Under the pieces are notes generated by a model. That model made no database searches and had not been told where the DNA came from. It saw nothing but the letters and a program-made list of their open reading frames with translations. From Eledone cirrhosa (Eukaryota), in NCBI GenBank assembly GCA_964016885.1, contig OZ024741.1, forward strand, positions 339,884,001-339,948,000: a stretch of 64,000 nucleotides of DNA. Direction: 5' to 3'. A program made the translations under genes and the position numbers. Numbering within the stretch: the stretch's first letter is position 1; each line of letters opens with the position of its first letter. Positions 40,892 through 54,850 of this stretch are shown here, in pieces.

Positions 40892-41040
40892 GTAGTTCCA
40901 CAACAGTTAGTTCACCATACCGAGAACAAATGTTTCCGTTATGGGAAATATTTGTTCTCGGTATAGTGAACTAACTGTTATGGAACTACTTCTACCAAAC
41001 TCGTCCCATGGACTGAGTACTCTACTACTCTACAGTGTTC

Positions 41041-41044
<4 letters not shown>
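40887..41044 (+). mobile_element. Small fold-back element in (TA)n
   Basis: Arms 40887-40937 and 40944-40994. Tail contains GAGTACT at 41015. Confidence 0.8.
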
Positions 41045-41088
<44 letters not shown>

Positions 41089-41359
41089 ATGTGTATATTC
41101 ATCTGTTTTATATTTTCTTTTCAAGTATTACGTATTCGATATTTTACCTATTTAAACTTTTTGGTAAATAATTTATATAATTATAATTAGTTTAAGCATT
41201 ATATTTCTATATATATTTGTTTGTTTACTTGCTTGCTTTAAAACTTTCATCATCATCACTATTATTATTAACATTATTATTATTATTATTGTTATTATTA
41301 TTATTATTATTGATTTAATTTAATTTTTCGATGTTTTCGATCTTTCAATTAGTGCCTAC

Positions 41360-41510
41360 CTGGAAGTTCTTCGTAGAGTCTAGCGGAATCTCCTTCTTTC
41401 CAGCCACAGCCTGTGGTGTCAGTATCAGAGAATGTAGTTGACCAGTTTCTGAAATGGTTAGTGGTCAGACGGTCTTTCTTGTCATCGATACTAGATGGCA
41501 CTGCCGTCTT
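41360..41510 (-). CDS. Protocadherin coding exon 2 (151 nt, phase 0 to phase 1)
   Basis: Acceptor ttcctgtctttgatctgttcag|, open frame KTAVPSSIDDKKDRLTTNHFRNWSTTFSDTDTTGCGWKEGDSARLYEELP(G), donor CAG|GTAGGC. Phases match exons 1 and 3. Unique sequence island among microsatellites. Confidence 0.85.
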
Positions 41511-41689
41511 CTGAACAGATCAAAGACAGGAACTAAAACTAAGTGATGGAGCAGCACTATGGAGACGTTTATTTTTGTGTTTTTTTTTCTGTCAGTAATT
41601 CATATTATATTTTATTCATCTTTTCTTTTTACAAAATGCTTTTTTTATTTTACAGAAGTAACCAAATAAATCAGTTTTTGTTTTTGTGG

Positions 41690-41759
<70 letters not shown>

Positions 41760-41823
41760 TGTGTGTGTGTGTGTATTTGTGTGTCTGTATATATTTGTAT
41801 ATATATTTATATATATATTTATA

Positions 41824-41943
<120 letters not shown>

Positions 41944-42898
41944 CATGTATGTACATATGTATGGATGGATGTATAAATTCAGGTTTTGACAACGATAGAA
42001 ACAATGTTTTAAATGGATGAGCATGAGCATAGAGAATCAGACAAAGAAAAACAGTGAAGAAATACAAAATAATATAAACTTTATACATTATATATACATT
42101 ATCACACACGCCACTGATGTTCCACTGTTCTATAGTATATATACATGTATGTATGTATCTACATGTATGTATGTATGTATGTATGTGTGTAGGTTGTTAA
42201 GTATGTATACATGTATATATGTATGTACATGTATGTATGTATGTACATGTATTTATGTATGTATGCGTGTAATGTATATATGTATGTATGTATGTATGTA
42301 TGCGTGTATGTATGTAGGTAGGTAGAGAAGATAGTTCGGTATGTATGTATATATTTATGTATGTTCTTCTGGTTTTATAATTTCACAAAGTTTTACCAAT
42401 AGAGAGAGAGTCGGTTTCTAACATAGACATAAGACTCTCTCATTGGAATTTACACAACATCAACTAGGTAGATATGTCTGCATGTCTGCATGCATGTGTA
42501 GATATGGATGTTATTGTATGTGTGGATGTGTATGTTTTGAGTTGTATGTGTGCATGTGTATATGCTTAGTATCTGTACATGTGTATATGCATTTATTAGA
42601 TGCAAAATTTTTGGAATGTTTTACATAATTTTACTGTTGCAATAATGGGTTGTACTTATATGCATCTATGTAATGTACTTGTATGCATGTATGTATTTAT
42701 GTATGTATGTATGTATTTATGTATGTATATATGTACATGTATGTATGTGTGTGTGTGTGTGTGTAGTTAGATAGGTAGGTAGTTAAGTAAGAATGTATGT
42801 ATGTATGTGTGTGTGTGTAGGTAGGTAGTGAAGTATGTATGTAGCTATGTATGTATGCGTGTATATATATATATACATATATGTATGTGTGTATTTGT

Positions 42899-42927
<29 letters not shown>

Positions 42928-42934
<7 letters not shown>

Positions 42935-43405
42935 AATGAAGAATTAGAAATAGAAGTTAGGACTATCCGTCATCAGTTGTCTACAAGCCATCATAGGTAT
43001 TTCTTCGTACTACAGACAATATACCTCCAGCTAGGGCGATACAATAACTAAATTAAGTTATTGGGATAAAAAGAGTTGGGTGGAGAAAGAGAGACAGGTA
43101 AACACACACGAAAGGTGAGGCTACGTAAAGAGAGGAGAAAATGAAACAATCAAGTCAATAATTCATTTCGAACATAAGAACGGGCGAATTTTGATGAAGA
43201 GATAAAGACACATCTTAGCCGTTCCACCCAACTCTTTTTATCCCAATAACTTATTTTAGTTATTGTATCGCCCTAGCTGGAGGTATATTGTCTGTAGTGC
43301 GAAGAAATACCTATGATGGCTAGTAGACAACTGATGATGGATAGTCCTAACTTCTATTTCTAATTCTTCATTTATTATACTTAATTGCAACACAGCTCAG
43401 AATTT
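42928..43405 (+). mobile_element. Fold-back element in (TA)n (family remnant also at 53770-53895, minus)
   Basis: Arms 42928-43084 and 43223-43379. Tail 43380-43405. Confidence 0.85.
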
Positions 43406-43494
43406 ATATATATATGTGTGTGTGTGTCTGTGAGTGTGTGTGCGTGTGTTTGGATGTGTTTTGTATGCAAATTATGTGTATGAATATATATAAA

Positions 43495-43583
<89 letters not shown>

Positions 43584-43623
43584 GTGTGTGTGTGTAAAAT
43601 TCATTTATCATGGCCAACTGGTG

Positions 43624-43678
43624 AGTCTTGCTACTCTGGAGTTTTACCTGTACATTTAGAATATCGTCAGACAAAACT
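43624..43678 (-). ncRNA. Decayed hammerhead (family shared with 45813)
   Basis: AGUUUUGU-CUGACGA-...UACAGGU-AAAA-CUCCAGAG-UA-GCAAGACU. GAAA is changed to AAAA. Confidence 0.5.
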
Positions 43679-43906
43679 ATACTGTCAGTGACGAAGACAG
43701 TATAGATAGGTTACGACTTAAGGGGGAGATGGTGACGTAGGTGGCTGGAAGGGGAGTGTCGGGGGGGGGGGGGGGAGTTATGTAAAAAGTAAGTTAAAGA
43801 AAAAGGAAGGTATGGACATGTGTGATGATGATGATGATGATAATAAAATTGATTTTTGAAAAATGGGGTAAAGTTTCGTGTGATGATGATGATGAGGTTG
43901 AGGGTA

Positions 43907-43937
<31 letters not shown>

Positions 43938-44101
43938 CAATGATGACGTCGACGGTGATGATGCTGATGATGATGATGACAACGGCGATGATGATGACGA
44001 TGATGATGGGGACGATGATGATGATGATGATGATATGATGATGATGATGATGATGATGATGATGCCGACGGTGATGACGACGGTGATGACGATGATAATG
44101 A

Positions 44102-44135
<34 letters not shown>

Positions 44136-44140
44136 GGTGG

Positions 44141-44171
<31 letters not shown>

Positions 44172-44929
44172 GATGATGATGGTGGTGGTGGTGATGAACA
44201 AGGTAAATGGGATGAGTAGGAAATAACCTGGTTGATTAGACTGATATATATCAATGGGAAGGTCTGAATAAAATATTTACTGAAAATGATTTACTATAAA
44301 ATCGAACTACTTGGGGGAGGGGGGTGATGACGTTGAAGTGGGAGTATTTATGAAAGAGAAGAGAAGAGAAAATGGGATGTGGAAAGAAAAAGAAGAAAAG
44401 GTAACAAGAAATAAGTGAAAGGAAAAAAAGAGACAAAGAAAGAAGAAAGATTGTAGAGTAACCGGGTGTATAATGTATTTAGTGGATACAGATTTACTTT
44501 GGTACACAGTGGCTAATGATGTCGATTAAGAGGAGTAAATATGGAAAAGAAGAGAAGGAAAAGGGAAAAATGGGAAAAAAGAGAAGTAAGATAGACATGG
44601 TGTATACGGTGGTGATGATGATGAAAGGAAATTAGTGACATTAGTGAAATTAGCAAAAGGTGATGTTTAATGTTATGATGAATATAAAATAACTCCCGTG
44701 TGTCAATTGGTGGAGGTGGGTAATAGAATTACTAGGTGTATGGTATATGTGATGATGAAGGTAATAAAGTTAGAATAAGTGGAATTATTACATGATAAAT
44801 TAGTAATGGTGACAGTAGTGGTAGAGTCACAGAAAATATGAAAATATAAAATATGAAATATATTGTATATTAATTTTACTATTTATGTGGGGGTATAATC
44901 ATAGATCTGGAAATGTGAGAAGTAGGAAA

Positions 44930-45763
44930 ATAATGGTTTCAGATTTAGGCACAAGGCCAGCAATTTTGGGATAAGGGAAAATCGATTAAATCGACCCTGG
45001 TGCTTCATTTTATAGACTCCGTAAGGATGAAAGGCAAAGTTAACTTCGACGGGATTTGAACTCAGATCATAAAGGGCTGTAACTCTATGCTGCAAAAGCA
45101 TGGTGTCCGACGCTCTACCGATAGAAGTAGGAAAATAATGAATTAGAAATTACGAAAATATGGAAATAATGATTGAGGAAATAAAAAAGAAGTAACTAAT
45201 GAAAGTGATGAAAAGAAGGGAATAATTGTTTCTACTTTTGGCACAAGGCCAGCAAATGCCCAGTGCATTACTGGTACTTTACTTTATCGACCCCGTAAGG
45301 ATGAAAGGGAATAATGGTTTCGGATTAGACACAAGACTAACAATTGTGAGGAGGGGAAAGTCGACTAAATCGACCCCAGTGCGTTACAGGTACTTTATTT
45401 TATCGACTTCGAAATGGTGAAAGGCAAAGCTAAGCTCGATAGAATTTGAAGTCGGAATGTAACTATATGCCACAAAGCATGTTGTCTACGTTCTGTCGAT
45501 ACTCCCAATCCACTGCCCTTTGTATTTGAAAATATATGAATAAGTTTCAAAATAAGGAAAATGAAAACTGAGAAAATAAAGAAATAATTGTTTCTACTTT
45601 TAGCACAAGGCCAGCAATTACCCAGTGAATTACTGGTACTTTATTTTATCGACCCCGTAAGGATGAAAGGCAAAGTTAACCTCGGCGGGATTTGAACTCA
45701 GAACGTAAAGGACAGTAACTATACTGCAAAGCATGGTGGCCAACCCTCTACCGATACTGCCAA
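44930..45763 (-). mobile_element. Cluster of four same-orientation SINE A copies
   Basis: Copies at about 44930-45122, 45222-45308, 45310-45518 and 45585-45763. Confidence 0.85.
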
Positions 45764-45812
45764 TGAAAATAAGGTAGTGTCGGATTACCCACAGTCAGCA
45801 AAACTCACATTT

Positions 45813-45880
45813 AGTATTGTCTGATGATCTTGTGAGTACACAGGTGAAACAAGACTCAGCATTTAGCCATAATAAATTAA
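45813..45880 (+). ncRNA. Decayed hammerhead with stem III and cleavage site deleted
   Basis: AGUAUUGU-CUGAUGA-UCUUGUG-AGUA-CACAGGU-GAAA-CAAGACUC. The downstream flank aligns with the 43600-43631 minus strand. Confidence 0.5.
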
Positions 45881-46381
45881 TACCAAGTTTGTCCGAAAAA
45901 TAAGGTTATATAAACATACATAAACATACGCACACTCACATAGTGTGTGTGAGTTTGTGTGTGTGTGTGTGTGTGTGCGTGTGTGTGTGTGTGTGTTAGT
46001 GTCCATGTGTGTGTTAGTGTACATGTGTGCTATGTGAAAATCATATTTGTTTCAGTTTCAACATAGTCACAGATCAAGTCACTACTGAGAGATTTTGATT
46101 TAGTTTTAGTTTCTCTTTACATTTGTATAATCGTTCGTTCTTAACATCTTATATTCATTTAACCCTGTTGATACTAATCCAGTTAAAACCGGCCATGGTC
46201 ATATGAAACAAACCCATCCATTTAAAAGGCTGCCTGTATAAAATTAAATCTTCCAATATGAGTTTATATAAGAGCCAGGTTTAAATGCCCGAGACAGTTT
46301 GTCACGGCAGCCCTTAAGACCCATCAGAGGTTAAGAGTCCATGGATGAATTGATGGATACATACATGCATACATACATACA

Positions 46382-46415
<34 letters not shown>

Positions 46416-47339
46416 CATACATACATACATACATACATACATACATACATACATACATACATACATACATAGTGTATGATATATATATACAGTTTAGGAA
46501 ATGTGTGGTTAATAGCTTCTGTATAAAAATGTTATTGAAATTATATTCTTATTCTTATTCCATCTCTCACAGTAGTGCAGTATGGTGTTGTGTAATGGTA
46601 GTGTTATGGTAGTTCCATCGATTGTAGTCGTGTTACAATCAGTAATACTTGTGTAATAATACTATTATAGTAGTATAATAGTAGTATTTTCTATTATAGT
46701 ATTGGAATAGTAGTGTTATCTGCCATTGTGTATAATGTAGTAATGTAATATAAGTGTTTTCTACTACAGAAGTACAGTTAATAAAATGTTCCAGTTTGTT
46801 CTAAAGCATCAGGCTAATTAGACTAGTGCATATTTCTGGTTTTATGTTTCATCTCAACTGAGAGTACAAAGCCCCGCCCATGGATAGGACACCAGTCCAT
46901 CGCAGAATTAACTCCCAGCTACTGCTGGTACTCATTTTCAGCTGAGTTTACTATAGCAACATGAAATGAAGCGTTATGTCCAGGAAATGAACCCACGATA
47001 TCATGATTGTATGTCATATCTACTAGCCCACGCACCTTTAGTTGAAGTGCCGCAGTGGTGTAATAGTAGTGCACTCTGCTACAAAAGTGCACAATCGGTG
47101 TAATAGCAATGCACTATGTATGTGTATCTCTAATATGTTCGTGTTAGTGTAGGTGTATGTCTTTTATGTATGTTTTGTGTACAGTTTGTGTGTGCTTAAA
47201 AGTGTGCGTGTGTGTGTGTGTGTGTACATGTGTGTGTGTGCATGTGTGTATGTGTGTGTGTGTGTCGTGGAGTGTGTGTGTGTATGTATGTATGTATGCG
47301 TGTGTGTATGTCTGAATGGCTGTGTGTGTGTGTGTGTGT

Positions 47340-47470
<131 letters not shown>

Positions 47471-47581
47471 TGTGTGAAAGAGAGATTGACTGAGTGAGTT
47501 TTTGCATGTCTTTATTTGTTGGATTGCTTGTATGTGTTGTCATTTATATTTTTAGTGTTTGATTCTTTGTTTAGTGCGCGC

Positions 47582-47614
<33 letters not shown>

Positions 47615-47896
47615 TGAGAAATACTAATTGAGTGAGTTTTTGCATGTATATATTTGAATGGGACATTATGGGTTTATGTTTGTGTTTTTACTCTGTGTGC
47701 ATGCGCACGTGTGTATGTGATTTTATGTCGTGCGAATGGATGTATGTGTGCTAATTTTGTGTGTGTTGTATGTGTGTATGTGTGTATGTGTGTGTATGTG
47801 TGTCTGTGTGTGTGTGTGTGTGTGTTCGTGTGTATGTTTGTGTGCGTGCGTGTGGGGGGGTCATGTGTGTGGAAATTACATAAGAAAATATCTTGC

Positions 47897-50326
47897 CTGG
47901 GAGTAAGTTTCTTCTTCTTCCTCTGCCACTGCTTGAACCTGTTTCCCTGTATTACATCCTCTCCACGTGTGATCTGGAGTTGACTTAAATCCTGTTGGTG
48001 TATCTCTCCTCGGTATTGTGGCTGGTGAATTCCTACTTTTGGCAAGTTCTGTTGCAAGTGCTAGCTGAGCTTCACTGTGTGACGAAGATGGTTCATGAAA
48101 ATATTTCGATTTTTCAGAGTCATTGAGGAATTTGTTAGAAATTTCAAATTCTTCATTATATTGAATTTCCTTTTGGTTGTTTCTCTGTATGATACATATT
48201 GCTATAGAAACCACTATTGCAGTGGACAAAGTGACAGCTGCTATAACGATAATTATTACTAGATTGATATGGATTTTGTCATCTGACAAGGTTTGTAGCG
48301 CTGTTAACATCGTTGAAGTCTTGTTACTCACCGTCAATGTTAATGACAACGTGGTGGTTGCTGAGAGAACTGTTGTACCACTGTCTTTGACGGCTAACTG
48401 CAGACTATAAGACCCGGCATCGTTTTGGTAGACTTTACGGGAGAATGACAACACCCCAGAGTAGGGATTCACTGAGAACAATTGTTTGTCATTACCACGA
48501 AGTATTTCAAAACGGAGAAAGGCATTTTCTCGTATATCTTTATCCAAAGCTCTCAGAACTGTGATGTCGTTCTTGCTCTGTGGATGATAGTGAACATCTA
48601 AACTAAAAGGGTTGACACTTGGAAAGCTGAAATATGGAGGATTGTCATTTTCGTCAATAACCTCAACAATGACATCTGCTGTGTTGTTTAGTGATGGTAT
48701 TCCATTGTCTTTGACAAAAACTCGAAATTTGTAAATGTCTCGTTTTTCTCTGTCCAGAGATTGTGCTGTTGAAATAAATCCAAAGTCAGAGATTTCAAAT
48801 GGGAGGATTCCTCTATCATTGCTAAATAATGTATAATTTAATTGACTTCCAGGTCCGAGGTCTGGATCTGTTACATTAATGAAACCAATAGGGAAGTGTG
48901 GTTTTTCGTTTTCATATGTAAGGAATTTGAAGGTATCTTTAGAAAATAAAGGCCGTACATCATTGACATCCTTCACTTGGATAGAAAAATGTCCTTTTGT
49001 TTTTAATGACGGTGAACCCTCATCTTCACAAACAATATTAAACTCTATTTGCTTTTGTTTTTCTCGGTCAACAGTTTTTTTGATGACCACTTTGTATTTC
49101 TTTTTACTTAAACTTTTCAACTGTAAATTTTCATGTTGCAGTCCACAACTGACTTCCCCATTACGACCACCATCATTGTCCGTTACTTTCACATAAGCTA
49201 TAAAACTGCCTGTCTCAACTCCTTCTGATATCATAGTTTTGTTTCTGCTCAACTTGGAAACGAACTTCACATCAATTCTAGGAGCATTGTTTGCTTCGTT
49301 CACTACATTTACCAGAACGACTGTCGTTGAACTCAATGATGGGCTGCCACCATCTCTGGCTTCTATGAATAGCTTGTAAGTCTGTTTCTCGTTCAACGTA
49401 AATCTTTTATTGAGAAATATCTCCCCAGATATATGATCCAATATGAAATGATCTCTAGCCAAGTCTGGTGTCTTTGAACTAAAATGATATGAAATATTAC
49501 CATTTTTACCAGAATCAATATCTGTAGCTGACAAGATAACAATCGGAACATTTTGCCGATGCCTGTTGTTTACCGTAACGTTGTAAATGCTCCGAGAAAA
49601 TATAGGTGAGTTGTCATTCTCATCTGTGACTGATATTTTAATATTCAAAATGCCTTGTTTTGGTGGCGAACCACCGTCTCTGGCAATCACTTGAAGTAGA
49701 TAGGTATCTTTCACTTCTTTGTTGAGTCTCTCCTCCAAGATAATTACTAACTTAGATGTGCTGTCACCTTGTTTTAACACAGACAATCGAAAAGGCTCGT
49801 CAATATTACTCTTCAGTTGATACGTGATTTTAGAATTGAGGATGCCAACATCTCTGTCAATGGCATTCGGAATTGATATTCTTGATCCTTTGCCTTCTCT
49901 TTCTGAAAATTGTATATTGATTTGATCAACAGAAAATTCTGGCTGGAAATCATTGCTATCTTCGACGACGACTTTAATGTCTAATATCTTCACAAAAGAG
50001 TCTTTGTGCTGGACAGCTATTTCTACCACTGTAAAGCACTCTGTGTTGTATTTACACATCGACTCAGCATCGAGTTCCTGAGCTGTGTAAAGTTTTCCAC
50101 TTGGTGTGACACGAAATAGCTGCTTTTCGCCCATCACGATTTCATGAAGCAGACTAAACCTAAAACGGTTGTGGTCACTGATAGGCACGGTATCCAGCAA
50201 ATGCGAATCGACAGCAATGTCACCAATGTACGTGTCGGGGCTTTTGCCTTCTTGCACTTGATAGATCAGATCTATACAGAGGTAGGTATCGACGAGCAAC
50301 AGCAGTAGATAACTTTGTACTAACAT
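47897..50326 (-). CDS. Protocadherin, coding exon 1 (signal peptide, cadherin repeats, TM, start of cytoplasmic tail; 810 aa)
   Basis: ORF with hydrophobic N-terminus and repeated cadherin Ca-binding motifs (DSNDFQP, DENDNSP, DVNDVRP, DENDNPP; ARDGGSP, LDRE, ATDIDSG). TM segment LVIIIVIAAVTLSTAIVVSIAICII. Exon ends in frame at CAG|GCAAGA. Confidence 0.95.
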
Positions 50327-50681
50327 GTTCCTACCCTTAGAAAGATCTTATATTACAGTGTATGTTAAAAAAAGCTTTCCTTGTTGTTAATAGTGGTGGT
50401 GGTAGTGGAGTGATGGTGGTGGTGGTGGTGGTGGTGGTGGTGGTGGTGGTAGGTGGTGGTGGTGGTGGTGGTGGTGGTAGGTGGTGGTGGTGGTGGTGAT
50501 GGTGGTTGTGGAGGTGGTAGTGGTGGTGGAGGAGGTGGTGGTGTTGATAGTGGAAGTAGTGATGATAGTGATGATGATGATGGAACTGTTTGTGGTTGAG
50601 GGGATTGGGGGTGTTAATGGTTGTAGTGGTAATAGTAGTGGTGGTGATTGCGGTGGTGGCTGTGCTTATGGCTGCACTACA

Positions 50682-50728
<47 letters not shown>

Positions 50729-50912
50729 TAATAAATATTTTTTATACTAGAAAGAACAAAAAGGGGGTGAACATTCTGCTATGAATTTGGAAATGTTATT
50801 TTTAGAAATGTTGCTACTGTTCAATTTTCTTTTTATTTATTGAAGACAGTTTTTGTTGATCATTTTCTTTATTTTCTTTATCAATGTGTGTTGGATAACA
50901 ATACCGCAGCCC

Positions 50913-50934
50913 GTCATGTGACTTGGTCACGTGG
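50913..50934. promoter_or_regulatory. Tandem E-box pair upstream of the protocadherin start
   Basis: GTCATGTGAC-TT-GGTCACGTGG in a non-repetitive island about 590 bp upstream of the ATG at 50326. Confidence 0.35.
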
Positions 50935-51107
50935 CAAACAGATAAAAGCTGAAGTACTTCATTATTTTCTTATTTGTAAGTTATGATTCCATTTTTTCCC
51001 CGCTGTCACGTTAATACCGTCAGCGACAATTCAAATTTTGCGATATCTTGATGACGATTTACTGGAAAAGAGTAAAAAGAAAAGAGAAAAAATTGAGTGA
51101 ATAAATA

Positions 51108-51167
<60 letters not shown>

Positions 51168-51482
51168 GCACGCATGCACACACACGCACACATGTATGTG
51201 TTTATGTAAAAAGTAAACAGAAATAACAAAGCAAATCACATATATACATATGTATGTGTATATATATATATATATATATATACATGTAAATATGTGTGTG
51301 TGTATTCATATATGTGTGTATGTGTGCCTGTCTGTCTGTGTGCATGGATATTTGGATTTGGGAACTAACCATAAAGAACTAATAAGGAAATACAAAAAAT
51401 CCTTCATAACAACTGTTAAACTGAAACATAGTTGTGGTTTTTATATAACATGCTGGAAGAAACCTTGTTCCCTACTTATACA

Positions 51483-51518
<36 letters not shown>

Positions 51519-51538
51519 TGTGTGTGTATGTGTGTGTG

Positions 51539-51659
<121 letters not shown>

Positions 51660-51665
51660 ATATAT

Positions 51666-52080
51666 ATTAGTAAAAAGGAAAAGAAAATGCTGTCAAATTT
51701 TTCCCAGTGAAAAATAGTTTAATTAGGAATAAGTATAAATTAGTAATAAGTATTGGTTAGTATTCAGTTTTAGTTTTAAGTTTTTACCGGTTGCGCATTT
51801 CTAATGCTTTTCAAAAATAATTTTGAGATAGAGCGCTCGCGATGTTTGCTCTAATCTGTTTATTTACCAGATTAGAGCCAACATCATGAGCGCTCTATCT
51901 CAAAATTATTTTATGCGCAACCGGTAAAAACTTAAAACTAAAACTGAATATTAACCAATACTTATTGCTAATTTATACTTATTCCTAATTAAACTATTTT
52001 TCACTGGGAAAAATTTGTCACCATTTTCTTTTCCTTTTTAATATATCACAACTCGTGTGTCACACGTCTATTTTTTTTAA
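51666..52080 (+). mobile_element. Fold-back element in (TA)n
   Basis: Arms about 51671-51858 and 51868-52040, with a deletion of about 15 bp in the right arm. Tail 52041-52080. Confidence 0.85.
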
Positions 52081-52098
52081 ATATATATATATATATAT

Positions 52099-52285
52099 AT
52101 AGGAAAAGGTATGACCCCGACGGCAGAGCTCAAGCCGTTTCGACGGCTATTTCTGGACCAGAAATAACCGTCGAAACGGCTTGAGCTCTGCCGTCGGGGT
52201 CATACCTTTTCCTATTACGCACTCTACTACCCTAAGTATTGAATACTCTGGTGCGTTATGGTCCATCTGGTTCCTTACCACAATT

Positions 52286-52290
<5 letters not shown>
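52099..52290 (+). mobile_element. GAGCTC-family fold-back in (TA)n
   Basis: Hairpin 52099-52215 (1 mismatch) plus the same tail. Confidence 0.85.
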
Positions 52291-52352
<62 letters not shown>

Positions 52353-52377
52353 CATATATATATAGCGAGAGAGAGAT

Positions 52378-52455
<78 letters not shown>

Positions 52456-53718
52456 TATATATAGATAGATATTATACGTTGAACCCATGAGTATGGGAGA
52501 CAGACCTGGGTATCGTTGTTGCTGTTTAGTTCCAGATCAATCCCAATCGTGAAAACCTACAATGAAGACATGACAGCCATGAGTATCCCGTCGAGGACTA
52601 CACTTATCCGATGTCTTCTGACAATATTGTATGATTTAAGAGAGAGTTTGGTTGATATTATTAGCAAATCGAACAACAATATAGAGGAAATAAAATTAAA
52701 ATTAAATCTAGAGTTCACAACTATCAAGATATAGCTGACATCCTACGAGTTAGCATTTCATAAATTTCTTTGGTATTTTAATGATAGGGGGCCCCGGTTT
52801 TATCATGCTGTTGATTAGCCTGCCCTTATGCATGTTTAGCTGGTGTTCATGGAGACTGTATTTTATACAAAGTTTCTTGGGTGTTTTAAAGAAAGACACC
52901 GCAGTCCCATCATGAAAAGCATAGGAAATAAAGAACAACGCATAACCTGGTCAAATATTTGAACACACAACTTTAGTATTGTGAATACAGTACCCTAACC
53001 ACTAGGTCGTATCTTTTACTTCATATGAGTATTGTATAAGTTGATAAAGCAGAAAGTTCTATTGTCGTCAGCTTTTTTGTTTTGTTTTTGGTCTGCGATG
53101 TTTTTTTTAAAGCTAACACTCTGCTTCATTTGATATTGCCAGTCTCTATGAATAACTGGCTGGATGGTTGGATGTTTGGCCGGTTGGCTGGTTAGTTAGT
53201 TGTTTGGTTAGCTGGTTAGCTAGTTGGTTTGTTGGTCGGCTGGTTTACTGGCTGAGTGGATGATTGGCTGACCAATCAGCTGAGGTTTGCCGCTACAGAA
53301 TATTCACAGTCAATGTGTGATGTCCACAGATGACTGAATAGAGTTGACTTAAGTAAGATTAATGAAGGTATCGATAGTAGTAACAACAACAGCAGCAGCA
53401 ACAACAACACCAATAGCAACAACAACAACAGCAACAACAACAGCAACAACAAAAAACAACAATAATAATTGTTTTTACTTTAGGCACAATGACAGCAATT
53501 TGAAGGGGTAGGCGAAAGTCAATTAAATCGACCCCAGTACACTACTGGTGCTTTATTTTATCGACTCCGTATAGATATATACAGGACGAATAAAAAGAAC
53601 TGGCCGTTTCGACAGCTAGATCCGAACTCTACTACCCTAAGTATTGAATACTCTGGTGCGTTCTAGTCCACCTTCTTTGTTATATATATATAATTGGTGT
53701 TGGATGCTTAAAGCGTCC

Positions 53719-53773
<55 letters not shown>

Positions 53774-53889
53774 AAGAAACAGGGGATGTGTAGTTGCTTG
53801 ATAAGGTGTACTTATGAACGGGAGAAAATTTTCCTTCGTCAGTTGTCTGCTGGAGATCATGGATATTTCTACGCATTAAAGACAAGATA

Positions 53890-53927
<38 letters not shown>

Positions 53928-54321
53928 GTTGTGAGTGGTGGTGGTATATTTCCATTGAAATTATACAATGAATACTGAATGAGTTGTCGGCGAAACAACA
54001 AACTGCTTGGTTTCTTAGAGCTTAAACACTCGGGCAAACACACAGACAGGCATGCTGGCAGGTACACATACACAAAAATAGGCGGACTGACAGACAGATA
54101 CTCAGACAGCTTGCTAGACATACAGACATACAGACACACAGAAAGAGAAACAAAGAGAGAATTGTTCATGCCAGGCGTTGGGAACATAGCTGTGTATGAT
54201 TTATAGTTTGACAATGACAACATTCCTCTTCATTATCAATCACTTCTGGTCCATAAGTCTAAGAGACTGGAACTGTTGTTTTCGTTGAGAGAGTGAAGTT
54301 TCGCTTGAATGCAGACACAAG

Positions 54322-54370
<49 letters not shown>

Positions 54371-54560
54371 TTGTAAGTGTTTGCGTGTGCCATATGAGGG
54401 GTAACAGTGACTAGATTTGTATGGTTGGCTGTGTCGTTGTGCGCCTGTTCTTCTTATCTGTTGGATGGTTAACTGGCAACAATTTTTCCGAAGACGCTAT
54501 CGGATATTATTAATTCTCTCTCTCTCTCTCTCTCTCTCTTCCTCTCTCTCTCTCTCTCTC

Positions 54561-54609
<49 letters not shown>

Positions 54610-54850
54610 ATATATATACCCCCCCTCCTCTCTGTGCCAGTGTGTGACTGTCTGTGTCTAGCAGCAAAGGGGTACTGAGGTGGGGTGCAAGGTAGGGAGG
54701 CGGCTTATTTGTATTTGTGACATGACTGGCAACTTGTAAACTTTACTTTCTTGACTGAGGGGGGGGGGGAGTCTAACTTAACTTCCCCACCTCCTCCTCC
54801 TCCTACTACTACTACTACTGCTACTACTACTACTGCTACTACTAGTAATA

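Noticed and set aside
47876-47896. Stop at 47876 as the main end of the protocadherin
   Set aside because: An in-phase donor and two phase-compatible downstream exons explain the gene better.
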